Shown here in pieces: positions 9,479-19,445 of a stretch of DNA of 64,000 nt. Location: positions 2,720,001 through 2,784,000 of the forward strand of contig OY762654.1 in assembly GCA_963666205.1 (NCBI GenBank), written 5' to 3'. A program made the position numbers and the translations under genes. Source of the DNA: Synergistales bacterium (GTDB lineage: Bacteria > Synergistota > Synergistia > Synergistales > JAFGMB01). The notes beneath the pieces were generated by a model. It was not told the origin of the DNA. It worked only from the letters and a program-made list of their open reading frames with translations, and did no database searches. Position 1 is the first letter of the stretch. Every line of letters begins with the position of its first letter.

Positions 9479-10984
9479 TTAACCCATAAGATCGCTTGCA
9501 TAGTAAGTAAGGGGGATCAAATCGCTCCTGTCCAGATATTTCAGGTCAAACTTCCGGTTTAGAGCCGCAAAATGTTTCAGTCCACATCCCAATTTGTTGA
9601 GATAGGAGAAAACTCCTATTGCTCCTGTAGAAAAGTTATCAGCTTCTTTTCCATATATCCCCCTGAGATCGGCCAGATCACAAAAAACCTCATCTATCGT
9701 ACTGCCAAATTTCTTAAACAGTTCAGGCGTTCTACCTGCCTTGATCTCATCTCCAACTGTCTTTCCTGTCATGGCAGCTGCCATTGAGGCACGACAGACA
9801 CCTATAGCCTGAATAAATCCATCTCCGTATGCAAGGGACTTGAATACCTGATCTTCACTGGCAAAACCACCGGTCATAACCATTGCAGGGAGGATCTTTC
9901 CCTGTTGTTGCAGTTTTGCACATATATCTACTACAGCTTCTTCAAGCAAAATTGTCGGGAGAGACCATTCGTTCATCATCTTTGAGGGGCTATAGCCTGA
10001 ACCGCCACCTGCGCCATCAAACGTTATCATATCGACTCTGCTTTCTATCGCCATATTGATTACACGTTCCACATCGTAGAGATCAAAACCAGCCATCTTG
10101 AAATAGACGTTTTTCATACCCATGCCACGTAGTTCAGAAATTCGTTTTGCCATGGACTCTTCCGTCCACAGTGGCAATCTTCCGTAAGTGTAAAAATTGG
10201 GACAGCATCCCTTTTTCTTAAGTTCTATTATTTCAGGATCAAATGGATTGGGGTGTACAAGAGCTCCGCTCTCAACTTTTTTCACGGCCTCATCATAGTC
10301 CCTAAGCCTGTTCATCGGCTGGGTCCCCTTGGCACCCTGGCCGAACTTGAATTCCAGGGCCTCAAATCCATATTTATTCAGGGCTATCTCGGGAACGCCC
10401 ATAAGATGGTCATCCACGTTGCACTGAAGCACCATCTGCCCTGGTCCCCGGTGATATTTATAGAAACTGTCATATATTTCCTGAAGCATTGGGAATGACG
10501 TAATTTTACCGTTCTCTATTTTCAGTTCAGCATCTTTGTTCCTTGCATCTTCCCCTACCATACAGGTAACTCCTGCCATAGCAGCCCCACCAAAATAATC
10601 AAGCCAGTTCATTTTCACCAAAGCAGGTAACACAATAGGAAGATCCAGCTTGATTTTATTATCGCTGCCATATTCAGAAGCCAGATTAACGTTGAATATC
10701 TCGGCATGTTCATAATCAGCCTCTGTACCCATGGCACCAAAAGCACGACCGTTTATGTTGAAATGGGAGAAATCAACCGGATAATCCTTTTCCGACGCGA
10801 TCTGGTTAGCACCTGTAGTTGTTGGATAGACTGTCATCTTTCCCAGAACTGCCGCCTGGGTGATTTCACAAAGTCCTGGACATTCCTGCGTACACAAAGA
10901 GCACATTCCTGACTGAGGAGCAATATACTTGCTTCTGTTTTTTGATCCTGTAAAACCTGAATTCATATCTGGTGAAAATGTCAT
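9479..10984 (-). CDS. FMN-binding glutamate synthase family protein
   Basis: EFKFGQGAKG, DGAGGG, TGGF motifs; start MTFSP follows GGAGG RBS. Confidence 0.88.
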   Translation of the reverse strand: MTFSPDMNSGFTGSKNRSKYIAPQSGMCSLCTQECPGLCEITQAAVLGKMTVYPTTTGANQIASEKDYPVDFSHFNINGRAFGAMGTEADYEHAEIFNVNLASEYGSDNKIKLDLPIVLPALVKMNWLDYFGGAAMAGVTCMVGEDARNKDAELKIENGKITSFPMLQEIYDSFYKYHRGPGQMVLQCNVDDHLMGVPEIALNKYGFEALEFKFGQGAKGTQPMNRLRDYDEAVKKVESGALVHPNPFDPEIIELKKKGCCPNFYTYGRLPLWTEESMAKRISELRGMGMKNVYFKMAGFDLYDVERVINMAIESRVDMITFDGAGGGSGYSPSKMMNEWSLPTILLEEAVVDICAKLQQQGKILPAMVMTGGFASEDQVFKSLAYGDGFIQAIGVCRASMAAAMTGKTVGDEIKAGRTPELFKKFGSTIDEVFCDLADLRGIYGKEADNFSTGAIGVFSYLNKLGCGLKHFAALNRKFDLKYLDRSDLIPLTYYASDLMG

Positions 10985-11519
10985 AGAAAAACCTCCTCTT
11001 AAAGATGTTGTCTTCACTGCCATATGTCCTTTGACTTTGGCTAAAGTCATTTTATCACTTGACTTGTATTTCGTGACACACAGGGCACCCATGAGTTGAA
11101 CTGCTTCCGGGAAATAACTTCCTGAGAAGCTGAATCAACAGGCAAAGGAATATGAAGTAATACTTCAGCTTGGATTAAGAGAAACACCAGGTCGAGTATA
11201 AGAAAGCAAGGTCCATTTCCGGGCTTGGCTTGTTTCATACGAGGAAAGGAGTTCTACCATGCCAGTCGTCATAAGTGTTAGAATCAGAAAGGCACCTACC
11301 TGTCTTTTCCGTAAGTGTTATATCTATTATTTTCGTATTGCCATACCTCTAAATATTCGCAAGGTTTTTGAACGTACTGAAATGAACTGTTCACTGCAGG
11401 CAGAGGATTTATTACAGCTTTTTTGAGGCTTGCCTATTGGTGGATTTTGACTTGCTGAATGCGAAAAAACTCTTGCCTTTCTTATTGGTTTATCATGAAT
11501 TGAATGAGGTGATGTAGCC

Positions 11520-12380
11520 TTGAAGTTTACCATTACAATTGCTCAGTTAACCAGCATCCTTCTGGATGTTTCATGCAATGCAGCAAAAGCCAAAAAGATT
11601 ATCAGAGACAGTGTCCTGAATTCCGCAAGTGAAATGGTGATATTCCCGGAGATGTTCCTGACCGGATACAGTATAGAGAAAAACTCACTCAGTGAGACTA
11701 AAAGAAAAAAACTTGTGGTTGAAATTGAAGAAAATATGTGTTCTATAAGAAAAATGTCCCGGGAACTTTCTGTTGACATCATAATCAGTTATCCCACCTT
11801 TGATGGCGAGCAACTCCATCGTATGTATATTGCTTGCGAATATGTTTCCAATGGACATTCCGTGGCTGTTCATCGCAAAACCCATCTTTGTAACTATGGA
11901 GGATACACTGAACATTTGAATTTTGAGCAGGGTGATAAAATTACTGTGGCCGATGGGAAGAACGCAAAAATTGGATTGCTGGTCTGTGAGGATTCCTGGC
12001 ACATTGAAAACGCACTGGTATCTGCTCAAATGGGTGCCGAGATTCTGGTCAATCCATCAGCAGCCTGTGTAAATGATCCCAATACTGCTTTAGAGTGCAT
12101 GAAGAACTGGCATATAATAAGCCAAGGTCAGGCTATGTCCCAGACGTGCTGGTTCGTTTGTTGCAACAAGGCAGGGATGGAAGGTCAAATGTTCTGTGCA
12201 GGAGGCTCTTACGTTATTGATCCAAGAGGAGAGATTGTTTGCATGTTGCCCCCCATGAAAGAATGTGTTCTTCATTGTGATATAGATATGGAATATCTAT
12301 ATGATGTAAGAAAAAAGCGCCCCCTTCTGGAAAACTCTCGAAATGCTTTAACCTGCGGATATCTTGAGAAGCTCAGATAA
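11520..12380 (+). CDS. Carbon-nitrogen hydrolase (nitrilase family)
   Basis: FPEMFLTGY, HRKTHL, VCED triad motifs. Confidence 0.92.
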   Translation: MKFTITIAQLTSILLDVSCNAAKAKKIIRDSVLNSASEMVIFPEMFLTGYSIEKNSLSETKRKKLVVEIEENMCSIRKMSRELSVDIIISYPTFDGEQLHRMYIACEYVSNGHSVAVHRKTHLCNYGGYTEHLNFEQGDKITVADGKNAKIGLLVCEDSWHIENALVSAQMGAEILVNPSAACVNDPNTALECMKNWHIISQGQAMSQTCWFVCCNKAGMEGQMFCAGGSYVIDPRGEIVCMLPPMKECVLHCDIDMEYLYDVRKKRPLLENSRNALTCGYLEKLR

Positions 12381-12576
12381 AATATAATATCCTGTTTATA
12401 GCAAAGAAATGTAAAGGGAGAATTCTTGCAAACTTGGGGGATGTATCTGATCATAGTACAAAAGAACAGTCAAAAAATCCTTCTATAGGGTTTTTTTATT
12501 GTATTTAAGCTTGTCTGCATCCGAATATCTTCCCTGGTAAAGAGAGTGAAATGAATGGACGAATTGGGAAGGATAA

Positions 12577-12897
12577 CTAAAAGTGGATGGCGAATGAAAA
12601 GATCCATAACAGGATCATTCCCGAAACAATTGTTACAAAAATATTCCTGCTTTTGAGGGCCACAAGAAAGGCTATCGTCCCGGCAAGTATTCTTGGAAAA
12701 GAGACGGCTATCCCGGCTGAGCCTTTTGAATATACAAGTGAAGGCACAACCAGTGCAGCTAGAGCTGCAGGAGGTATATACCTGAGAATATTCTCGAAAA
12801 AGGGGGTCACTTTCCGGAGAGGAATAAAGCACAGAAAAAGACCTTTCACAACCAGAGAAGAAATAGCAATAGTCGCGAAGAGCAGATAATAGTACAT
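12577..12897 (-). CDS. azlD: AzlD-family branched-chain amino acid exporter subunit
   Basis: LRYIPPAALAALVVP; coupled to azlC. Confidence 0.85.
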   Translation of the reverse strand: MYYYLLFATIAISSLVVKGLFLCFIPLRKVTPFFENILRYIPPAALAALVVPSLVYSKGSAGIAVSFPRILAGTIAFLVALKSRNIFVTIVSGMILLWIFSFAIHF

Positions 12898-13604
12898 CAG
12901 ATATTTCTCTTTCTGGTTTCCTGAAAAGTTCGATAAGCCATTCCAGATCCTATTCCTATGAAAATGGATATCAATAGTCCTGACTGAAGAGGGAATCTGG
13001 GTACAAGGATAACGGCAGCAACGGCTCCGACAAGAGCGGATATCTGCCTGTCTCTTCCTTTCAGGTGAGGTATCAGGAGAGACATGAATACCAGAGGAAT
13101 GGCAAAGTCCAGCGAGAGTCTTTCGGGAATGATCGTTCCAAGGTTATATCCAAGGAATATTCCTGCCTGCCATGAGGAATATAGAACTAATGAAGCTCCC
13201 AGGAAGAACCAGGGAAGGAATCTGTTCCCTGGATTACTTTCTCTTTCTGACATTGTAAAAGCATAGGATTGATCGGACATTATGAAAGCAGCAAAAAGAC
13301 GTTCTACAAAGGATCTGTGTTTTAGAATTTGCTGAAGAGAAAGACTGTAAATTGCGTATCTCAGGTTTATTACAAGTGCCGTTGCAATTATGATAAAAGC
13401 CGGTGTGTGGGCAGTATATAATTGGACTGCTGCTAGTTGTGATGCCCCTGCTAGAAGTGAAAGAGCAAAAAAAGAACTCTGAATTCCCGTAAGTCCAGCA
13501 TTTTTCATGGCATACCCGAAAACAATAGAAAAGGGCATGATTCCTATAAGAATGGGTGTTATGGCTCGACCTCCGCGAAGAAATTCCTTTCTGGAATTCG
13601 TCAT
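12897..13604 (-). CDS. azlC: AzlC-family permease
   Basis: AGASQL, INLRY, SDQSYA, LDFAIP motifs. Confidence 0.9.
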   Translation of the reverse strand: MTNSRKEFLRGGRAITPILIGIMPFSIVFGYAMKNAGLTGIQSSFFALSLLAGASQLAAVQLYTAHTPAFIIIATALVINLRYAIYSLSLQQILKHRSFVERLFAAFIMSDQSYAFTMSERESNPGNRFLPWFFLGASLVLYSSWQAGIFLGYNLGTIIPERLSLDFAIPLVFMSLLIPHLKGRDRQISALVGAVAAVILVPRFPLQSGLLISIFIGIGSGMAYRTFQETRKRNI

Positions 13605-13918
13605 TATTCCCTCCCCACTTTGGATTACAAGTATCAGGAAGCGGATCTACCTTAATATAAATGAATTCCCCCCCTCAAGGATGATATGAGGTGGTTGAAC
13701 TGTTTTTGCATCCTTTCTCTAGACAGAGAAAATAAAAGATTTACCTGTGGGAAATCTTTGTCTGGTCTTTTTGAATTCTAACTTCTCCTTTATATATCGC
13801 TAGACGTTGGTTGTCCAGGATTTACTCCCTGTTAACGTCAGATTGCAATTATCCTACGAATGAAAACTTCCACTGTTCTCCCTGGAATACGGGATTAACT
13901 ATTATGAATAAATCTTTC

Positions 13919-13946
13919 TTGACATTTCACCAATACTGACTATAAT
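13919..13946 (+). promoter_or_regulatory. Consensus sigma70 promoter
   Basis: TTGACA-16 nt-TATAAT. Confidence 0.65.
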
Positions 13947-14199
13947 ACTTTTATCCCAGAATTCGGTATTTAAAACTTGAATATATAGTGAGATCGAGTT
14001 GCAAGAGAAGCTGGTATAAATTCTGAATGTATTGGGAATAACTGTGATGTAATTACAATGCTTCATGGTATATGGACAGGTTAATTACCTCGATCAGAAT
14101 TTACAAGGAGTTATGGGGACAGAGCACTTTTTGTTTAATATTCCCCTTGAATAACTTTAAATTGTTTCGAAAGCTGAAAATAGAAAGGAAGGGAAAGCC

Positions 14200-14418
14200 A
14201 TGAGCAGGGCTTTTGTCCAAGAAGACGACAGCCGCCTTGCCCTTCTCGATGAAGAGAAGGCTCTTAAGGAAAGGATGGAGAGATTGGCATTACTGGAAAA
14301 AAGAAAGCGTTATCTTGAAACTGATCCCAAAGCTCTTGAGATCGAACATGAGAAACGTTTGACATTTCTTGCCAGTATTGAAAGGGATATAAGCCATCTC
14401 AGACAATTAATATCCTGA
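14200..14418 (+). CDS. Small coiled-coil protein
   Basis: Purine-rich RBS; MSRAFVQED start; downstream terminator at ~14470-14503. Confidence 0.7.
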   Translation: MSRAFVQEDDSRLALLDEEKALKERMERLALLEKRKRYLETDPKALEIEHEKRLTFLASIERDISHLRQLIS

Positions 14419-14610
14419 ATTCGATCAATTGCGGATATTAATCTATTCTTAATAGTGTTTTTTCATTGGAAAGGGCTTACAGGTTTATCTGTTAGCCCTT
14501 TCCTGCTTTACTGGAAATGCAAATTCTGTCATGAATTTATAATATTCCTGTCTTTTTTTTCAGATGGAGGGAACTGAAGGGAAAAGAAGTGGTATTATAA
14601 TTAAGATAAG

Positions 14611-15075
14611 GTGGAATGCATCCTACAGTGTGTTTTTTGTACTGTTTTTTTGCAGGCATCCCAATTTTTAAAAGAAGGGGAAATGGATATGGAAGATATT
14701 GCTATCAAACAGAACATCTCTAACGGGGCTTACAATTGCTGCAGGTATTTAGTTAATCCTTACAGTCTTCTTAATATGGAACTTACAAATAAAAAGATAC
14801 ATCCCTTGAGATGGCTTATTGGCTTTCTGCTGGTTTCCCAGTTTGTGGTGGCTTTTGCCTATATTGACAGCTCATATTATTTTGTCAGCGTCTTCAAATT
14901 TTTCCTTCTTGCTGTTGTATGGATCTTGGGAACTTCGATCATTGAAAGTGGAATAATAAGCAGATTTAACACAGAGAAAGAGTTATGTTACCTTAACAGG
15001 GCAAAGATGATCCTGATGAGCGTTACACTCTGGTCAGTATCGCTCTTCCTTTACATAACCATGTTCCTGGTCTGA
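14611..15075 (+). CDS. Hypothetical membrane protein (start uncertain)
   Basis: Three hydrophobic segments. Confidence 0.6.
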   Translation: MECILQCVFCTVFLQASQFLKEGEMDMEDIAIKQNISNGAYNCCRYLVNPYSLLNMELTNKKIHPLRWLIGFLLVSQFVVAFAYIDSSYYFVSVFKFFLLAVVWILGTSIIESGIISRFNTEKELCYLNRAKMILMSVTLWSVSLFLYITMFLV

Positions 15076-15108
15076 TATTTCGGGTTGTTTTAAATCGATA
15101 CGATATAT

Positions 15109-15145
15109 AAGAAGTCCCGGCCCTTTTGAGAGCCGGGACTTCTTT
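15109..15145. terminator. Bidirectional terminator
   Basis: AAGAAGTCCCGG/CCGGGACTTCTT between convergent genes. Confidence 0.8.
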
Positions 15146-16067
15146 ATTTCTGTTTCAGGATAGCAGTTGAAGAATTACCTTTTGATAGTAGAGTGATGTT
15201 TTTCAGATAGGGCATTAATTCTGTGATCAATACGGCGATCAGGATCAGGGCAAAGCCAGCTGTTATTCTTATTGTGAAAGGATCTCCCAGTAAGATAATT
15301 CCGAAAATTGCTCCAAGAACAGATTCCATGCTCAAAATTATCGCAGTATGGGTCGAAGGTGTAAACTTTTGTGCAGTTGTCTGTATAACAAAGGCAAGAA
15401 CTGTACAAAAAACAGAAGAAAAACCTATACTCCATAATGACGAAGATGAAATCTGTGAAGGCCAGGTTTCAATTGTCATAGCTGCTAACAGGCTGCATAA
15501 CGCAACCATGCCTATCTGAACTGCAGCGATTAAAACAGGATCCATATCTTTTACATAGTGTTCTATCAGAAGAAGATGAATAGCAAAAAAAACGGCGCAT
15601 GTCATAGTAAGAGCTTCACCTGTACCTAAGGAAAAACCCGAGTCCAGCGTTAAAAGAGCCATTCCGGCAAGGCAGAACAGAGATGCAATAAACGCGGTTA
15701 TTCCTGGATATCTTTTCAAAAATATCCAGGATATAAAGGGAACCAGGATAACATAGATCGTGGTTAAAAAAGCGACTTTGCCAACAGTCGTGTATTTCAA
15801 GGCCACCGTCTGCGTGATAAAACCCATAAAAAGAAATATTCCGATGATGGTTCCTGCTTTAATTTCCCTGTATTTTATGTCAATGATCTTATTCCAGAAC
15901 AGGGCCAGCATAATAGCAAATGCCGATCCGAAACGAACAGCAGTTAGCCAGAAAATGGGAAAAGAATAAAGTGCATCTTTGGAGGCTATAAAACCAAGTC
16001 CCCAGAATAAGGCTACCATAAGCAGTGCACTGTCAGCGATAAGAACCCTTCGGTGGGATCGATTCAT
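15144..16067 (-). CDS. DMT/EamA family transporter
   Basis: About 10 TM; WG.GF, QT.AQK, ESV.GA motifs. Confidence 0.9.
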   Translation of the reverse strand: MNRSHRRVLIADSALLMVALFWGLGFIASKDALYSFPIFWLTAVRFGSAFAIMLALFWNKIIDIKYREIKAGTIIGIFLFMGFITQTVALKYTTVGKVAFLTTIYVILVPFISWIFLKRYPGITAFIASLFCLAGMALLTLDSGFSLGTGEALTMTCAVFFAIHLLLIEHYVKDMDPVLIAAVQIGMVALCSLLAAMTIETWPSQISSSSLWSIGFSSVFCTVLAFVIQTTAQKFTPSTHTAIILSMESVLGAIFGIILLGDPFTIRITAGFALILIAVLITELMPYLKNITLLSKGNSSTAILKQK

Positions 16068-16352
16068 GGAAAGACCCTTCCTGTCAATAAGATAATCAGA
16101 ATCTGAACATCGAAATTCCTGGGCCAATAACCTCAGCTCCAGACAAGTCCGACAAATCTATCATAATTGCAGCCAACTATCCATATCTTCAAGAAAAAAA
16201 TGTAATTAAATGCAGAAATATCGGGACTTCTAACAATGGTTCTGCTAAAATTTCGGAGTGACCTGTGACATTTCGCTTTCCCTTTTTCGTTATTCCATTC
16301 GAAATGTTCTCCTCATTAAAAGTTCTTCCATGTTTTCAGGAGGTCCTCTACC

Positions 16353-16790
16353 ATGGGAAAAGTTCTAGCTATCTGTCTCAGTAAGCAAAGAAATCAACCC
16401 AAAAGACCTGTACTCGAAGCCTTGTTTGTCGAAAAGGCCGGAATAGAAGGAGATTCCCATTCCGGTTTTTCTAAAAGAGAAGTCAGTCTTCTATTAAGCG
16501 AAGATGTGGAAAAAGCTGAATTGGATGCTGGCATCAAATTCCCTCCGGGATCCCTTGCAGAAAATCTCCTTATTCAGGGTCTTCCCCCTGACCACCTTGA
16601 GTTAGGCTCCCTGATCAGTATAGGAGATGTGGTTCTTAAAGTGATCGAAAAGGGGAAGAGTCCTGACGAACCCCATTCCTATGATTACAAGGGCTGGTGT
16701 CTCCTGCCTTATTGCGGGTACTTTCTTGCGGTTCAGAAGGGGGGGGTAATAAGTCCCGGTATGGAGGCTGAAATTCTCCCTTCGATTTAG
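16353..16790 (+). CDS. MOSC domain protein
   Basis: GIEGDSH, REVSLL, PGSLAEN motifs. Confidence 0.85.
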   Translation: MGKVLAICLSKQRNQPKRPVLEALFVEKAGIEGDSHSGFSKREVSLLLSEDVEKAELDAGIKFPPGSLAENLLIQGLPPDHLELGSLISIGDVVLKVIEKGKSPDEPHSYDYKGWCLLPYCGYFLAVQKGGVISPGMEAEILPSI

Positions 16791-16969
16791 AAACAGAATC
16801 AAATGGACTGAAAGGTTGCAACAGTATATCAAAATATCTCTTTCATAATTTCATTGTTACTCTTTTAACTTTTTTTACAAACCACGAAATCAGTGTGTAT
16901 AATGTATTCTAAATGTGTGTTCAGTTCCTTCTCCACAGGGAGTTAATATTATGATGGGAGGTGCATTGT

Positions 16970-17461
16970 GTGGTCATTTTTTTCCTCTCCTTGATCCTTT
17001 ACCTTCTTTTAGTCTGGTCGGGCGGAGGTGGCATCAGTTCTGTAGAGATTGTTATCGGAGCTCTCCTGGGACTAGTGCTTGCTTATGCGGCCCGTACCTG
17101 GACTTCTGGAAAGCGTTTGGGGCTCGAAGGACTTAACCCTATGAGATGGATAGGTTTCATCTATTATCTCTTTGGACCTTTTGCCCTTGGACTGATCAAG
17201 GCTAACCTCGATGTTGCCATGCGTGTTATCACAGGCGATATCAGACCTGGTATTGTCAAGCTTAATCCTGGGTTGAAAAACGGTCTTGCCATGACGATCC
17301 TGGCAGATTCTATTACCCTGACACCTGGTACTATCACGGTTGATGTAGATGAGGAGGATGGTTCCTTCTACATTCACTGGATATATGTCAAGGATGTTTC
17401 TCCCAGCGAAGAAGATGTTTACGGCCCATTTGCCAAGTGGGCAAGGAGGTTGGCGGAATGA
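16970..17461 (+). CDS. mbhA: MnhE-like Na+/H+ antiporter subunit
   Basis: SITLTPGT motif; first gene of the operon. Confidence 0.85.
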   Translation: MVIFFLSLILYLLLVWSGGGGISSVEIVIGALLGLVLAYAARTWTSGKRLGLEGLNPMRWIGFIYYLFGPFALGLIKANLDVAMRVITGDIRPGIVKLNPGLKNGLAMTILADSITLTPGTITVDVDEEDGSFYIHWIYVKDVSPSEEDVYGPFAKWARRLAE

Positions 17462-17718
17462 GTATCCAGCTTTTCATCGGGGCAGCGGCCATTCTGGGGA
17501 TTCTTATTTTTGTTATATCCTTCAGGCTGATTGCTGGTCCTACAAAACCTGACAGGGCGGTAGCTCTTGATTCCCTGAATACTCTTGTAGTAGCCGCTAT
17601 GATAATTGTTGGAGTGATAAATGATTCTGTCGTTATGATAGACGTTGCAATAGTTTATGCTGCACTATCATTTGTCGGGACCATTTTTATCGCGCGCTAC
17701 ATAGAGGGAGGGATGTAA
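17458..17718 (+). CDS. mbhB: MnhF-like subunit
   Basis: GPTKPDRAVALD. Confidence 0.85.
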   Translation: MSIQLFIGAAAILGILIFVISFRLIAGPTKPDRAVALDSLNTLVVAAMIIVGVINDSVVMIDVAIVYAALSFVGTIFIARYIEGGM

Positions 17719-17722
17719 GACC

Positions 17723-18094
17723 ATGGAAATATTTTTTGTTGCTATCCTGCTTGGAATCGGTCTTGTATTTAATACCCTTGGCGCTTTTTCCCTTTTCAGG
17801 TTTCCTGATGTGTACACCCGTATGCATGGTGCAACAAAATGCACCACCTTCGGTTCTATATTTACATCACTTGCTGTTGTAGCTTTTGCTATTTCAAAAT
17901 ATGTATCCCTGGGCGAAGGCCGATTTCTGGTCCTGATAATTCATACTCTGATAGCGGTATTTGCGCTTCTTATTACCAATGCAACCAGCGCCCATGCGAT
18001 TGCAAGGGCTGCTCATCGCAGCGGAGTTTCACCCAAATTTGCAGTCGTAGACAGACTTGTAGAGAAAGCAAGTAAAGGTGGTGTTAAGGAATGA
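17723..18094 (+). CDS. mbhC: MnhG-like subunit
   Basis: RFPDVYTRMHG..K. Confidence 0.87.
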   Translation: MEIFFVAILLGIGLVFNTLGAFSLFRFPDVYTRMHGATKCTTFGSIFTSLAVVAFAISKYVSLGEGRFLVLIIHTLIAVFALLITNATSAHAIARAAHRSGVSPKFAVVDRLVEKASKGGVKE

Positions 18095-18354
18095 CGGAAT
18101 ATTTACACCTGTTTGTACTGTTGGTACTGATCATTTCCGCCTTTTATGCTATCTGGTTCCGTGACCTTCTTTCGTCTATCCTTGCTCTGGCTGCTTTCAG
18201 TCTAGTCCTTTCCCTGGAGTTCTACATACTTCAGGCACCAGATGTTGCTATAGCTGAAGCAGCTATAGGAGCTGGCCTGAGCACTGCTATCTATCTTATA
18301 GCCTTAAGAGCCTGTGGAAGACTCAAAAAAGGTAACGGGGGTGGCATGCGATGA
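18091..18354 (+). CDS. mbhD: MbhD/DUF4040 membrane subunit
   Basis: APDVAIAEAAIGAG. Confidence 0.85.
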   Translation: MTEYLHLFVLLVLIISAFYAIWFRDLLSSILALAAFSLVLSLEFYILQAPDVAIAEAAIGAGLSTAIYLIALRACGRLKKGNGGGMR

Positions 18355-18620
18355 GAAAAACGATCTTTATAATAGCTGCTCTTGTCTTCGGGGGATTGAT
18401 GCTTGGTGCTCTGGATAGCATACATCCATTCGGAGAGCCCGGAAATGTGCCTATGGATGAATATTTCCTTCACCATGCCCTGGAGGATCGTTCCTCTGAA
18501 AATGTGGTTACATCCATAGTGTTCGATTATCGTGGTTTTGATACCATCGGCGAGGCTGCAGTCCTGTTTACTGCTGTCTGTTCTGTTTTAGCACTCTTCA
18601 GAGAGGGGGCTAAGAAATAA
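18351..18620 (+). CDS. mbhE: MbhE membrane subunit
   Basis: NVVTSIVFDYRGFDTIGE. Confidence 0.85.
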   Translation: MRKTIFIIAALVFGGLMLGALDSIHPFGEPGNVPMDEYFLHHALEDRSSENVVTSIVFDYRGFDTIGEAAVLFTAVCSVLALFREGAKK

Positions 18621-19108
18621 TGAAACCTCTTTCTATTGTTGTTCGAACCTGCTGTGACATGTTTGCATGGTTCATGGTAGTTTTCGGCTCCTACGTGATA
18701 ATACATGGAGATGTTACTCCCGGCGGTGGATTCCAGGGTGGAGCTATAGTTGCTACCTTCATGGCCCTTCTGCTGGTAGCTTACGGAGGAGAGAAGTTAC
18801 TTTCCTGGGTGAAGTTCAGTATCTACAATGGACTTCTGGTAGTTGGCCTGCTTCTTTTCCTTCTCTTTGGATTCTCTGGAATGGCCAATTCTTTCTTTTA
18901 CAATTTTCTTGCTGTGCCAGAAGCGGTTGCTCTTGCTGGCGGAGCGCACGGGATCATCCCTCCTTCAGGAACGATCGCTCTCATGGATATAGCTGTGGGT
19001 ATAGAGGTCACTGGTGGTCTGACCCTGATCCTGCTTTACATGTTCAAGGGGACCCGTATGTTCAACCTTATTGAGATGGGAGGGGAAACAGGCCATGACA
19101 GTAGGTAA
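18620..19108 (+). CDS. mbhF: MnhB-domain subunit
   Basis: HGDVTPGGGFQGG. Confidence 0.85.
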   Translation: MKPLSIVVRTCCDMFAWFMVVFGSYVIIHGDVTPGGGFQGGAIVATFMALLLVAYGGEKLLSWVKFSIYNGLLVVGLLLFLLFGFSGMANSFFYNFLAVPEAVALAGGAHGIIPPSGTIALMDIAVGIEVTGGLTLILLYMFKGTRMFNLIEMGGETGHDSR

Positions 19109-19445
19109 TATGCCCTTCCTTGTGGTCGGAATCCTTTTTCTTATGGGAGTTCTAGCAATCCTCAGGGAAAAGAATCTGATCAAGATTGCCATTGGTATAA
19201 GCATAATTGAATCAGCTGTCAATATGTTGCTTATTACGTTGGGTTACAGATTAAATGGTGATGTACCTGTACATTTTCTCTCGGGAGATGTGGATGTAAT
19301 GGTTATGCCTACACCACAGGCACTCACACTGACAGCCATAGTCATAGCCCTTGCCACCTCAGCACTTATGCTTTCCGTTACAATGCTGATCTACAAGCAC
19401 TACGGAACGCTTAATGTAGATGAGTTAAGGAGGTTAAGAGGATGA
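19095..19445 (+). CDS. mbhG: MnhC-like subunit
   Basis: PQALTLTAIVI. Confidence 0.85.
   Translation: MTVGNMPFLVVGILFLMGVLAILREKNLIKIAIGISIIESAVNMLLITLGYRLNGDVPVHFLSGDVDVMVMPTPQALTLTAIVIALATSALMLSVTMLIYKHYGTLNVDELRRLRG

Noticed and set aside
11040-11160. Glycine, SAM or ANTAR element, or NrpR box, upstream of the glutamate synthase-like gene
   Set aside because: Only fragments match; the GGAA-TTCC spacing is 5 rather than 6, and no full riboswitch core is present.
13990-14130. T-box or 6S RNA
   Set aside because: No GGTGGNACC T-box sequence and no continuous 6S-like rod structure.
16854-16871. Rex-like operator (TTGTTA...TTAAC) before the mbh operon
   Set aside because: Too degenerate in an AT-rich context to support.
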